64,000 nucleotides of DNA from Podarcis vaucheri (Eukaryota), in NCBI GenBank assembly GCA_965113315.1, contig OZ220375.1. One strand, 5' to 3'. Shown here piece after piece: positions 27,216-41,900 of this stretch (the stretch's first letter is position 1; the number at the start of each line of letters is the position of its first letter). The notes below the pieces were generated by a model that had not been told where the DNA came from, did not search any database, and saw only the letters and a program-made list of their open reading frames with translations. Both the position numbers and the translations under genes were made by a program.

Positions 27216-30200
27216 ATGTTGCTGTTATTGGTTTTGCTGCTCCTAATACCTCCTCTTTCTGGTCCCTCTAATACCATGAGGTGCCCTGTGAATGATCCTA
27301 TTCCTGTTCCACAAGATTGGTACCAGCCAGGTGACTTCATCATTGGTGGAATAGCATCTCATATATGTTATTTTTTCTATGAGGTATTCTTCAAGGAACA
27401 CCCAACACAGAACCTGTTTGATGTTTCATAGTAAGAATCTTCCATACGTCAAACATTCCTGCAAATCACATTTCCCTTTGTCCCATGTCATGTAGAAAAG
27501 AATCCTAAGGAAGGGAGGGCCTAATTGCTGACATTTGGAATCTGAAATGGGAGGCATTTGGGGGATGAATGGTGGAATATAAAATCTACCCTCAATTTCA
27601 ATCACCCCGAAGTCTTTTACAGTCTACTAAACTGGCTAATAGAAAATATGACTTTTCCTATCTCATAAAAAAGCTTTTGGCTTTCTAAAGGGATACAGAA
27701 AGAGACTTTGTTTTCTTCACACAAACTGTATTTGCAATTATTCTGCAGTATACATATTGGGGAGGAGAATGGAGAAAATGGAAATAAATAAATTATTAAA
27801 AATGTGACATGGAGGAAAAATTCAAAACATACAATTAGAGCTCTGCCAATCCTGCCAATCCTGGTCCTCCAATATGCAATCCAAATGTATTTTCTAGACT
27901 GACTGGCATGCTCCCTTTTTAGGGAAATAAATCTAGAAAGCATTAGGACTACACTAGATTTGTTGGAATCACTATTACTAATACTATTTGTATTTGAAGG
28001 GATGTAGAGATTAGCTGAATTGCAATGAGGCAATCAAGGATCACCAGAGTTCAGGTTGGATGCTGCAGAGACATCTGAGGCTGTCAAAATGGGACATCAG
28101 GCAGAAAAGAGAGTCAGGCATTGGGTGCAAAAACCTGAAGAAGGGCAAGACCATTTTGTCTTGCAGCTGTGTTTTCCTGGGAGAAGGTAAAACTAATGCT
28201 AGCAGACTGCTCTTTCTATCAAATGCCAGGCAGGATAACTTTCTCTGCTTAATTAATGTGGAATGGACACATCAAATGGACACATGCGGTTCTTTATAAG
28301 CAAATTTCCTTACCCTTTCCCAAATTTGTATTGAGAAGAAAGCCCCACAAGGTTCAGTAGGACTTTCAGTGAAATGAATATAAGATTGTAGCTTGCAAAA
28401 GTGAAATGTTTAAGCAAGAGTTGAATGAATAACACCATTGCCATGAGCAATGATCAGTATTCATTGGACTGCATGGTGCTATTAAATTAAATGATTTAAA
28501 TACAAATAAAACAATTTCTTTTCAATATTAACGTATTTCAAACAGAATGTTTCCAGTATTGTGGTGCATCCATGTTTTGAATTCATTTACTTTGTTTGCA
28601 GTGTATTGACAAAATTCTACCAACATGTCCTTGCCTTGGCATTTGCTGTGAAAGAAATAAATGAGAATCCTAACATCTTGCCCAATGTCACACTGGGGTT
28701 CCACACCTATGATAGCTATTATGATGCAAGGATGACCTACCGTACTGCATTAGACCTCCTCTTCAATATGTCTAGATTTGTCCCCAATTACAAATGTGAC
28801 ACCCAGAAAAACCTCATATCTATCATTGGAGGCCTTGGTTCTGATACGTCCTTCCTTATTGCAGATGCATCAGGTCTCTACAAGATTCCCCAGGTAGGAT
28901 ACATGGGAAATTATTTCTTCCTTCCTCAATTCAATTTTTGTTCTACTCAGAGAAGACCCATCAGGTAATATTAGCTCTGTAATTTTACTCAGAGCAGCCT
29001 TACTGATTCATTTCAGTCGGACTTCTGTCAATAAGATTTGGTTTGATACAATTCTAAATATCTATCTCATCATCCCTGTAGACTCCTTTTTCTATTTTAT
29101 TTCTAAGGATATGAGACTGATCTGGTCAAATGTCAAATCAAAATGCAATTTTAAAGGAAGCATATAAAAAAGCCTCTATTGGAAGAATCATTGGATGCAA
29201 ACTTTAAATATTGGTAAAAATAAAAAGTTGCATGACGCAGGATGAATTTTTTGCACATAACTTTATAACAGCTGTACATTTCTTAATTTTAATTTTAGTT
29301 TGCATATGGTTCATTTCCTCCAGAAGAGAGTGACAGAACTGAATTCCCATCCTTTTATCGCATGGTACCCAACGAAGCCCATCAGTTTGTGGGGATTATC
29401 CGCTTGCTTAAGCATTTTGGATGGATGTGGGTTGGACTTTTTGCTCCTAAAGATAACAGTGGAGAATGTTTCATCAAGACCATGGAGCCACTGCTTTCTC
29501 AAAATGGAATTTGTTCAGCCTTTACACAAAGAATCGTACGTCAACCTCACTTTGATAACCTGGATGAAATAAATGATGAAGCTTTAAATGTATATATGCT
29601 ATTCACAGGAAATAAAGTCACTACATTTATTGTCTATGGGGATATTATGACAATGCTAGCGATGAAAGCTGTTGTATTTTTGCGAGACCCAACCAATAAG
29701 GAAAATACAGAATTTAAAAAGGTATGGATCTTGACAGCCCAGATTGATTTTATATTACCGGGCCTTGTTAGGTTTTGGGATTTTCAGTTCTTCCAAGGTG
29801 CTATATCTTTCACAATTCATTCACAAAATCTTCTAGCATTCAAGGAATTCCTTCAGAGCATGAAGCCTTCCTGGACCCAGGGCAATGGTTTCTTCAAAGA
29901 CTTCTGGGAGCAAGCATTTGACTGTATATTTCCAAATCTCAGTGCACCAAAGGAGGTCAATGGCATGTGTACTGGGGAGGAGAGGCTGCAGAGTCTTCCA
30001 AGGTCTCTGTTTGAAATGGAACTATCTGGCCATAGCTACAGTATCTACAATGCTGTTTATGTTGTGGCTCAAACTTTGCATGCCATTTGCATGTCTAGAT
30101 CCAAGCAGAGAGTAATGGGGAGCATTGGAAGATTAAAAATTCAAGATCAGCAGCCTTGGCAGGTAATGCTGTACAAATGAAGAATATCAAAAGTACAATA

Positions 30201-33200
30201 ATTTCATTGAAATAATAAGAGAAAGTAAGATTCCATCACAATTTTCTTGCTCATGGCACTAACTGATAATTTTTTATGTTTTCATATTTGCTTCAGTTTT
30301 TGTTTTTGTTCACTGAATGCATAAAAACTTCCATCTGTTATGTCAAAAGAGCTGATTTTTAACACTTGATCTATGTAAAATGAAACTACATAACTATATC
30401 TGAATAATGCTTATAGAAAGGTATTTGCAAACCAATGCATTTTTTTGTTCAATAACCAGTTTATGTTCTTTCCCCCTTCATCCCTCTTTTCTCTTTCAAT
30501 TAGCTGCATCATTTTCTCCCTGACATTTCCTTTAACAACTCAGCTGGAGAAAAAGTGTCCTTTACTAATAACAGAGAAATGGGAGGCGGTTTTGACATCA
30601 CAAACATAGTCACCTTCCCAAACAAGTCTTTCCTTCGAGTGAAGGTTGGATGGGTGGATCCCAATGCTCCCGACAGAAAAGAATTCATTATTCATGAAGA
30701 CATGATTATGTGGAACAAAGGCTTTAATCAGGTCTGGAATCAGGGTATTCCTTTGAGCTGATGCACTCTCCAGATGGCCACCACTTTTCTATTTGATAGC
30801 TTCATGAGAAAGATCTGGAAACCTAGCTGGAGGCAAATATGAAGCTAGAAAATAAAACTATGTTCTTAGTTGAAAAGAAGTTTAATTATATTTGTTTCGC
30901 TTTGTTTACTGTATGTATGGCAGAGTATAGTGTTATTAAGATAAAATTTATTCATGGGGGAAATATGGGTATTTTCTGCTTCAGTTGGAAAGGATCCATG
31001 ACCTATCGGAAGACCCCCATATCAAATCATTTCCATGTCTAAATAGTGCTGACCAAACCCCAACTTTTGCAGTATTCCTAGCGAGCTAATGCTGCCTTCC
31101 AATCTGAATCCTGTCTGGGATGGGTCAAAACCTTTCAATTGGTTTCTTCGGGCTTTCTTTGTGGATGTGTGATGCTGCCAGTTAGGAGCCAACAGCATAC
31201 TCTCCAACATTTCATAATTCCAGGACTGTCCCTGGAAAATCTGGACACAGAGGATATAAGGTGTTGTGGAGACTCCGTAAAAGATGTGGCCAGATTGGGT
31301 TTAGGCTTGATGCCATTCAGCGGTCAATAAGCAACATTGCAAGCTTGCAAAAATAATTGTGTTGTCTCCTCCCTGCTTTATATGACATGCGTTTAATTAT
31401 GTGAATTGGCTTTCTGGCCACTTGGCAAGTGGGTGCACTAAAAGAAACAGGTAGAGGTTTACCTTGGGCAAAGTCTGATTCCGGAGACTTGCCACAGGGC
31501 TCGGTGAAACTTTTTTGGGGAGGGGATGAGTAGTTCATTTTCTGATTTGAAGAGCAGCGACTGATACACAGGATCTATCCTGTGTATGGATAGATGATGC
31601 CCATTTCTGTGTGCAATGACTACTGCCGGCCTGGTAATCAGAAGAAAAGTAAGGAAGGACAGAAATTTTGCTGCTATGATTGTACTCCATGTCCAGAAGG
31701 GAAGATTTCAAACCAGAATGGTAAATAACATTTTTCATTGTAAAATATTAGCAAATATCTGTTGAAAAGAATGTAAATATATGCTGTGCACGTAACCACC
31801 CAGTCCAGCTTAACAGTGCACAGGAAATATTTGAAACAAGAATGGTACATAACATTTTTCATCAAACTCAATTAAGCAATGATTATTGAGTCACATTGAT
31901 TTAAATGAATTTAAATACTATGTTGTGCACGTACCAACACTATCCTTCTTAAAGTAGTATGGGTAATTGTTGCCTTCCTGTAACTTCTGAAGGAAACATT
32001 CAAAAACTAATAACCCTGGTGCAATACCATGCACATAGATATGAAAGTGCTCCCGAGTTATCCCAAAGGTCTTTTTCTTGTACACATATCAAGAGGTGCA
32101 GATTTGTGCCTTGTGTGTATGACTGGAATGAAACACACTAGGCATCCATCCTGGTTGAAATTAGGCCAGACTTATTTTCATGACTGCACAGGTAATCAGG
32201 GTTGCCAAACCTGTAGTGCAAAAAGAAAGTTAGCATTTCAATGAGCACCTGCTGTTCAAATTCCACTCAATGGCTGAGATGCACCCAATACTCTTGGGAG
32301 TTGACCAGCACTGGGCACTATTATGCCACAGGACAAGAACCACTAAGATTCCAATAAGCTACTATGGGATGAGTTTAGGTAAATCCAGCCTCACTTGACC
32401 TAGGGAAATGCTTGGATTCTGTGTCCCCGCCAGCAACAAAAAGAGTGTATCAGTGCAGCTGGAGTAAGACCCCCCATGTTCGGTGTGCAAGGAGGAGCAG
32501 CTTAATATTGTTTGTAGGATAAATTCAGCCGACTACTCAAATAGTAATTCACATACTGTTATATGATCACCTGCTCCCTAAAAATCAGAAGGTTAAGATC
32601 AACAGGAAGCAATGGCACACATGAATTGCCAATGGAATTTGACCCTATCCTCTTTTTCAGATATGGATGACTGTGTCAGATGCCCAGCAGATCAATATCC
32701 AAACAAGAACAAGAACGGATGCATCCTCAAAATAATAAACTTTCTTTCTTACGATGAATCTTTTGGCATCAGCTTGGCCTCACTTGCTCTTTCTTTTTCA
32801 CTACTCACAAGTTTGGTGATAGGAACTTTTATTAAATACAAAGATACTCCCATTGTCAAAGCCAACAACCGGGATCTCACTTACATTCTCCTACTTTCCC
32901 TATTGCTCTGCTTCCTCTCATCTTTGCTATTCATTGGGAAACCTGGGGAAGTGACCTGCATTCTTCGCCAACCAACGTTTGGCATCGTCTTCTCACTGGC
33001 TGTTTCATGTGTGTTGGCAAAGACTGTCACTGTAGTTGTAGCTTTCATGGCCACTAAGCCAGGATCTAGCATGAGGAAGTGGGTGGGGAAAAGACTGAGC
33101 AACTCCATTGTCCTTTCTGGCTCACTCATTCAAATGAGTATTTGTACTGGGTGGTTGATGACCTCTCCCCCATTCCCTGATCTAGACATGCACTCAGTAA

Positions 33201-33562
33201 CAGAGGAAACCATTGTGCAATGTAATGAAGGCTCAGTGACCATGTTCTACTGTGTCCTGGGCTACATGGGCCTCCTGGCCATTGCCAGCTTCATTGTGGC
33301 ATTTGCAGCTCGCAAATTACCTGACAGCTTTAATGAAGCCAAGTTCATTACCTTCAGCATGTTGCTGTTTTGCAGTGTGTGGCTGACCTTTGTTCCAACC
33401 TATCTGAGCACCAAAGGGAAATCCACGGTGGTGGTGGAGATCTTCTCCATCTTGTCTTCCAGTGCTGGATTGTTGGGATGCATCTTTGCCCCGAAATGTT
33501 ACATCATTGTGCTGAGGCCAGAGCTGAATAGCAGAGAGCAACTAATAAGGAGAAAGAAGTGA
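27216..33562 (+). CDS. V2R gene D, apparently intact, ~875 aa
   Basis: join(27216..27430,28602..28893,29299..30162,30504..30731,31594..31720,32661..33562). GT-AG junctions, 2628 nt in frame, same motifs as the paralogs. Confidence 0.93.
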
Positions 33563-33618
33563 ACAATATTTTTGTTTTTATCTTATTGTTTTGTTGTGTA
33601 TCAAGGCTTTTAGTGTAG

Positions 33619-34102
33619 CTGACAGATGCAATAAGAGATATACCTAAAAAGATGGTGAAAGAAGAATGGGAATGTTTAAATAATTATCTAGGGGATAAGG
33701 GTTCATCAAGAAAGACCTGGTTATGTTTAGAATGATACTGCATAGGGAAATGTTCCCTGATACCAAGATGAGGAATAATATGGAATGCAGATAGAGAGAA
33801 TTGATAAGAATAATGCTCTGTTGTCATCTTGACGGAAGCATACAATAGGTGAGCCTTTTTGTGTTTTGGCTCATCTTTCTCTTTTTCTTCTTCTTTTTCT
33901 CCCCCTCCCCCCTTTTCCTTTCTTTCCTTTTTCTTTTTTCTTTCCCATAATGGCTTATATTCTATGCCACGTACTTTGATATTTTTTGTAGTTATTTTTA
34001 GCTTTTTCAATTATTATTATTATTAAGGCTTTTTCTTTTGTAATTTTGGTTGTTTATATTTATCTGTATTTGTTTAAAGCAAAACAAAAGTATTTTTTAA
34101 GA
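33619..34102 (+). mobile_element. 5'-truncated L1-type LINE just 3' of the gene D stop
   Basis: 16-bp TSD aaggcttttagtgtag (33603-33618 / 34103-34118); ORF2-end-like LTDAIRD...EEWECLNNYL; A-rich end. Confidence 0.72.
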
Positions 34103-34570
34103 AAGGCTTTTAGTGTAGAGGTGGTTAAAAGTGATGTCTCCAGAGTGTCACTGTTTTGCTGGAGGGATTCAAACACACAGTAAGAAGTTAAGATTTTTTA
34201 AAAACTAAGTGCTCTGTCACCATAGTGCAGCATGGGGAGCTTACTCAAATTTTGCCTGTCAGACTGTTGTCAGGCTGTTCCCAACACAGCACACCCACCT
34301 GCACCACACCTGACAAGTATGGCGTGGGTACTGATATGGCTTTAGAAGAAGAACCAAGAGCTTAAAGGGAGTTACCAGTTGTTAGTTTTTTTGGAGGAAT
34401 TTATCCACTCCCCCCATCCTGGAACAGCTTATGGGTAATGAAGGCACAGGAGCATCAATAGCCACCACTGAACTTGCTACCAAAAGAGTGAGGAAAAAAA
34501 GAGAAGTGGTTTCACTACAGTTGGGGGTTGGGGAAAGGACTTCAGGCCCAGTAGCCCTACAAACCTCTTT

Positions 34571-35025
34571 ATCATAGAATCATAGAATCATAGAGTTGGA
34601 AGAGACCACAAGGGCCATCGAGTCCAACCCCCTGCCAGGCAGGAAACACCATCAGAGCACTCCTGACATATGGTTATCAAGCCTCTGCTTAAAGACCTCC
34701 AAAGAAGGAGACTCCACCACACTCCTTGGCAGCAAATTCCACTGTCAAACAGCTCTTACTGTCAGGAAGTTCTTCCTAATGTTTAGGTGGAATCTTCTTT
34801 CTTGTAGTTTGGATCCATTGCTCTGTGTCCGCTTCTCTGGAGCAGCAGAAAACAACCTTTCTCCCTCCTCTATGTGACATCCTTTTATATATTTGAACAT
34901 GGCTATCATATCACCCCTTAACCTCCTCTTCTCCAGGCTAAACATGCCCAGCTCCCTTAGCCGTTCCTCATAAGGCATCGTTTCCAGGCCTTTGACCATT
35001 TTGGTTGCCCTCCTCTGGACACGTT
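34571..35025 (-). mobile_element. CR1 LINE 3' end
   Basis: (TTCTATGA)n tail; [23 protein letters not shown]...[10 protein letters not shown]. Confidence 0.92.
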
Positions 35026-35907
35026 TATCATGCCATCAGGACTGTCTCTGGGTTATACTGTTAAGTTTCATAACCTGAGTGTCTTTGCCTCCCTGGAATG
35101 TGTCCTTGAACTCTGATAATGTCTCTTGATAGTCTCAATGCTGTATTTCAAGCGGTGTGTACATGCTATACACTGTACGAAGGTAAAGTTTACATGAATT
35201 GCTCTGCCCATAATCAACTCTGGCCCCACTCAATACTGGCCTTGAAAAGTTAGTGGGAAGGGAATTCTGTCCCCAGGTTGCAAAAAGATTCCCCATGAGT
35301 ATAGCAGTGTATTCATTTGTTTTGTACAGGAGAGTCAAACAACTTGTTTTAAATCTATAGTTTAAAGCTACAGAGAAATATTGACTCCCATCACTTTGAA
35401 GAAAACTGGAGTTGGGAAGTGGCTGTAATCTCAAAATGTTGCCCTGCTGCTTTGTACCCTAAAGCTAATGACCTCACTCTGAGTTTCCTGTTGGTGTTTG
35501 TTAATCTTGTAAAACTCAGTCTGACACTGTTTTTCTAGTAAGGAGCAGGAGAGACTTCTGGTATGAATTGGGATTTTTAAAAAGAGCAAAAGTGCCACTC
35601 AGTAATTGTTCAAATCACTGTAATTTCTTCACCAGGTCAACACTTCAGAGACTTTCTACAAGGAACCAGAAAACAATCAGTTAGCAAACCTGAAAGTGGG
35701 TATAAATAATCCCATGTGCTTTGGAGAGTTGGGGCAGGGCTAAGAGGCAGGGTTTTGTCCTTTCATGGTGGGATGTTATAATCTCTGTTAGGTATTCATG
35801 GGATTTATTTGTAGCACTTTGATTAAACACAGTTCAGCTTCTCTCTTCTAGAGATGTATTGACTGAGCCATGCACTGTTCAATGTAGTGTCTTCAAATAC
35901 AGCTACT

Positions 35908-38900
35908 ATGGATGGACGGACACAACAGAGTGTGCATACCTTGAAAAACCTGGCTGCCAGGGTCTTGTGGCTATTGGTGTTGCTGTTTCTAATTCCTTCT
36001 GCTGTGTTCAAAGCAGATACTACAAAGTGTCCCTGGGGTGATCCTTTTCCTGTTCCACATGAGTGGTACCAGCCAGGTGACCTCATCATTGGTGGGATTG
36101 CTTCTCAGATCTGTTATATTTTCTATGAAGTTTCATTCAAGGAACACCCATCACAAAAACTATTTGATGTTGCATAGTAAGAGTCTCCCCACCCACATCA
36201 ATCTTCCAAGTAACTTTTTTATTTTATTTTTACCTTTTTCTCTTGTCTAAAGGTAGCGCTTGTCATTTCACTGACATTTGTAACTTGCATTGAGAGCTTT
36301 TGTGGGCAAACAGTGGGCTTAAAAATGCTTTTCATTTTCAATTCCTTTGTGAACCTTTTGCAGTCTGCTAAAACTACCAGAAGGAGGGATGTTTTCTATT
36401 TTGTAAAAGAATGAGGAAAGTGACTATGATTTTGGTTTTATATGCACCAAGAATGATTGCAATACAGATATTGAGGAGCATAAGGCTGAAAATGAAAATA
36501 AATAAATGGGGGAAAAAAGGTAACCCAGGGATGAAATTCAAAATAATAATACAAACCAACCTGTGCTAAATCCTTCCTCCATTTTCCCCAAAGCTTCCTT
36601 TCCACTTTTAGGGTGCTTTCAATTTTCAGTGTGCGGGGAGTTGAGATTAACTTTTGGGTTTGAGGTGGCTAACACTGGTGAGGGTGGTTATCTTTCTATT
36701 AGTCATTTCATTTATGCCACCTGATTTGAAAGAAAAAGTTCTGTTGTGAAATATCCTGGGCTTTAATTGGGAAGTTGGCTTCTAACCACAGGTAGTCAAC
36801 ACTTGCTGATTTTCCTTTTAAAGTCCAAGTCCTTCCTTCTAAGTACACAAATGCATAAAATATTTCCATACGGGAAGGAATCTTTTTTTTTTAAAGAAAA
36901 TCCACACTTTTCAGGAGCACATTGTCCAGCCTCTGAACATCCCCACACTTTGTCCTGAGCCCAATCAGCCAAGGAAGGCAGACATCAGATAGTTAATTCT
37001 TTATTAACAAATGTGTGCACTTCCAGCAGCAACTACGGCAACTGCATACACACGAACATACACGCTTATATCTCAGCAGCTATTCCTTGGTCCATGCCCT
37101 ATGAAGCAGTTGCAGCAACCATGGGACTATCCACCCCAGCTTATGTATCTTCCTCTGATGGGGTGTATGCATGGGATCTGAGGCTTCTCCTACATGGAAA
37201 TTGTCACAGTTCTTCCCTCTTCTAGGACACAAATTTGCCTGGACAGCCTCTTCTTCCTGTACCTGCTCTTTTACCTCTGACTGCTTTGACCTGTCCTCTT
37301 TCCCCTTCCCTGGCTCCTGCCTCATGAGAGGCACCAAATCCCATAAATCACTGGTCCCCTCTCCCAGGTCTTCCGCTGACCCCTCTGCACCCACCATACA
37401 CTTATGAGTAAACAAACAAATCCCTGTGTTGCAAAATATGAATCAGCAATATCAAAAGCAACATGATGGCCAGAAACAATTACAATATGAAAAAGTGAAA
37501 GTCTCTGAAAGTCCTTAAATGAATCACAGTGCCAGACTTTACCTGGCGGAGAACAAGCTGTGAAGCTTTGAATAACCAGCAAATGTCCAATTGTCCAATT
37601 CTGATGTCCAACTCTGAACTCTGATGAACAGTGTTTCTGGATAACAACTACTGTTTCGTTGAATTCTTCATCAGCAAATTAGTTCAACACTTGTAAGTAG
37701 AAAGATATTCATTAACCAATCCTTTTTTCAATAGAACAGTGACTACATAATCGCATGAGCACTGTTTCAGAGTACTTTTCATTCTCATGTATATTATATC
37801 TATTCGAAAAAAAGATTGGTAAAGTCTGGCACCATGATTCATTTAAGGAAGTCCAGAGACTTTCAGAGACTTCAGTTTGTTAGTTTTGATGTTTTGAATT
37901 ATTCCATAATGTTTTTCATATTGTAACTGTTTATGGTCATGGTGTTGCTTTTGATATTGCTGACCCACCATACAGTCATCAGAGTTCTGCCAGTCCCAGA
38001 GACACTTATAAGAAAGTCAGGAAGGTGAACCACCAAAGAAGGTCGTAGTATGCACACCACAAGAAAGATTACTTGTGGACAGAAATAAAGGTCAGTCATA
38101 AAAAACACTGTCCACTTAGGAAGTAAGTAATTACCCCCCCCCGCCCGCCCCCAAAATCCCTCACATCCCATGCATGGTAATTTAGTAGAAAATTCCTCTA
38201 AACACATAATTTAATTCCATTCCTTTGGAAATAGGAGGAATTTGTATGAAGCCTAAGGTGTTACCAAGCATTTCCTGTGGAAGCTGAGGATTAAACTGGG
38301 GACTTCCTGCATGTAAAATTTATTTGTTTGTTTTATTTATTAAATGTGTATACTACCATATACTCTATACCATAGATATCTGGGTGGTCCACAGCATAAC
38401 ATTTAAATTATAAACTATCATAGCTCTGCATGACTGCTGTTGTGGTACAGAGCAATGGCCTTTCCCCAACTGTCTACTGAGAAGAAAGCCCTGCTGAATC
38501 CATATTTTGTAATATGTTGAAATTTTAATAAATATCTTTAAAAAAAAAAAAAAGCCCTGCTGAATCCATCGGGACATACTTTAAGTGAATAAATGATTAC
38601 AACTTTCATGGTCCAGAGCATAGTTCTGAGATATGTGAAGATGATATGCTTAGCGAGAAACAGGGTTATTTTATTGTATTTTATTTTATTTTGTACACTG
38701 AGATGAAAAGCCCAAAGACAGGATGAGCCCAATAGATGTGTAAAAGTACTATGGAAAGCAGGAGTGCCCTAATCAACCATTAATTTTCTGTAGGGATATT
38801 CTACAGAATAATCTAAGGTAATAGATTAATGGCAAATAAATAAATAAGTAAATAAATAAATTTCAATCTAAATCAGTTTCAGGCAGAAAATGTTTGATAT

Positions 38901-41900
38901 TGTGGAGCATTGATCTTGGAAATAATTAACTTTATTTTCAGCATAGTGACAAAATTCTACCAACATGTTCTTGCCTTGGCTTTTGCTGTGAAAGAAATAA
39001 ATGAGAGTCCTAACATCTTGCCCAACTTCACTCTTGGCTTCCACATCTATGATAGCTATTATGATGCAAGGATGACCTACCGTACTACCCTAGACCTGCT
39101 CTTCAAAATGCACAAATTCGTCCCCAACTACAAATGTGACTTTCAGAAAAACCTCATATCCATCATTGGGGGACTCGGGGCTGGTACCTCCTTTCTTATG
39201 GCAGACATATTAGGTCTCTATAAGATTCCACAGGTAGGATGTATGAATGGGAGCCTGGTGTTTTTTGTTTTGTTTTGGTTTGGTTTTGCTCCCTTTATGT
39301 GCTTTATCCAATGAGTGTTCTCCTCAGAGTAGACACATCAGGTAGCATTTAGGATTGTTATGAGTTTGCTTGCCTAGGCTTCCCTTCTAATTCTTGGAGG
39401 TGGATTTAACAAAGTGCTAAAATAAAGGCCAAACCATTTTCCCATGTCTAGTAAACCACCCGACAGAGGAACCATCAAGGAAAACAAAGAATGGTAATGG
39501 CTGAGTTGGTAACCAAACAAAGGGTAGGAAGTGGGGCCATTTAAAAAGCTGAGATTTGGCAAGTGGGGGAAGCCCCTCTCTGAGCCCAATGAGTAGAAAG
39601 ACAAAACCTTGGAAGGAGATGAGAGAGGTGAGGGGTTTTTTTTGGGGGGGGTAGAGCAGTTTTGCTTGATGTAAGCAAGAGTCAAAAGTTGTGTTTTGAA
39701 AGCAATTTGCAAGCTGGGGAAAAAGCAATCAAAGCAATGTGGGCTGGGAGTTTTGAATCCGAGGTGACCACTTTGAAAGAAACAAGACCCTCTTGGAGTG
39801 CAATGTTCAGGTTGTACAGGATGAGTCTTTTAAAAGAGGCCCCATGGAACATGTGTATTCTGTATCCACAGGGCCTCTTTTAAAGGACTCACACTGTATA
39901 TATGTGTAAATAAACCATATATCATAAAGACACCGTGGTCTCTAGTGTGCCTCATTTCCAAAGGAAACACAAACCCTCCATAAGTGCCTTGACCTCTGCA
40001 GTCTCACACTGCTATGGAGATTGGGCTGGTGTGTTAAAGTATCATGACTAAGTTAGGTCCTTTAATTTCTATGGGCGTATCCTTTATTCTGTTTTTCCTA
40101 CATCTTTATTTAATTTTTCCTGTCCATGTCATTCTCTTTGTGTTATTTTTAGGGATGTGCAACTGATCTGTTCAAATTTCAAATCAAAATGGGGAATGGG
40201 GAAAGAAACTTATAATAAACCCCAACTGGATAAATCCTTAGCTTTAACCTGTGGATTACTCCAAAAATATCTGTTGAATAAGAAATCATGTTGTATAGCA
40301 TGAGTGCTCTTGACATAACTAGATAATATGTGTACATTTCCTTTCAGCTCACGTATGGTTCATTTCCCCCAGAGGAGAGTGATTCAAAACAGGTTTCTGC
40401 ATTTTACCGAATGGTACCCAATGAACTCCATCAGTACATAGGGATTATCAGCTTGCTTAAGCATTTTGGATGGACATGGGTTGGACTCTTTGCTCAAGAT
40501 GATGCCAAAGGAGAATATTTCATCAACATCCTGGAGCCACTGCTTTCTCAAAATGGAATTTGTTCAGCCTTCACACAAAGAGTCCCACAACTAGTGCACT
40601 ATGATGACTTGGGTAAAATTAGTGATATAGCCTTAAATATGTATGTACTATTCACAGATAATAAAACCACTACATTCATCATCTATGGAGAATCTTTGAT
40701 GATTATATGGCTGAGAGCTATCATATTTTTGCGAGATCCTGCAAATGAGGAAGACATTTCATTTAGAAAGGTGTGGATCTTGACAGCCCAGATTGATTTC
40801 ATATTAATGGGCTTTCATAAGACTTGGGGACTCCAGCTCTTCCATGGTGCCATTTCATTCACAATTCACTCACAAAATCTTCTAAAGTTCACCGAATTTC
40901 TTCAGAGCATTAAGCATTCCCAGAGCCAGGGAGATGGTTTTTTCAAAGACTTCTGGGAACAAGCATTTGATTGTTTCTTACCAAATCCCAATGTGCCAAT
41001 GAATGCCAATGACATATGCACTGGGGAAGAGAGGTTGCAGAGTCTTCCAGGTCCTCTTTTTGAAATGTGCATGACTGGCCACAGCTACAGTATCTACAAA
41101 GCTGTCAATGTTGTGGCTCATGCCTTGCATGACTTTTATTCATCTAGATCCAGGCAGCGAACAATGGGAGGAAGTCAAATAGTAGAACTTCGGGATCTGC
41201 AGCCTTGGCAGGTAATGCTGTACAAATGAAGTGAAACAAAATATATTATTATTTAAATCAACAATTTATTACATGATCGATTAAGACAAGTAACAGCTGA
41301 AATGATGTTCCACATCCTACTGACTGCCAATGTTTTATGTTTCCATATTAATCTCTCTACATTTTGCCTGAAAATATTTTTTTTTGTGTGTTCCATCAAT
41401 CCATAATAAAATGCCCAATGTAAAAACAAAAGAAAACTGATTTTTAACACTTGCTCTTTGTTAGATGATGTTAAATAAATATATCTAAAAAGGATTCTGG
41501 TAAGGCATGTCATTGTCGCCAATATTTTCATAACATTCTTTCCCCCTCATGTCTCTTTTCTCCTTTAATTAGCTTCACCCCATTTTTCATAGCATTTCAT
41601 TTAACAACTCAGCTGGAGAAACAGTATCATTTACAGATAACAGAGAAATGCGAGGTGGATTTGACATAATGAACATGGTCACATTTCCAAACAAGTCCTT
41701 CATTCGAATGAAAATAGGATGGGTGAATCCTAATGCTCTTGATGGAAAAGAATTCATCATTCATGAGGACATGATCATTTGGCACAATGGTTTTAACCAG
41801 GTTAGGTTCTGGGGTATTCTTGTGGGCTCCTCACTTTCCACATCAATCCTTCAAATGCTCAGAATAACCACCATTCTTCTCTTGGAGAAGTTCATAGAAA

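Noticed and set aside
39356-40045. Possible solo LTR in gene E intron 2 (similar candidates near 36950-37420 and 46050-46740)
   Set aside because: LTR-like composition, but no clear TG...CA termini or TSD to support a call.
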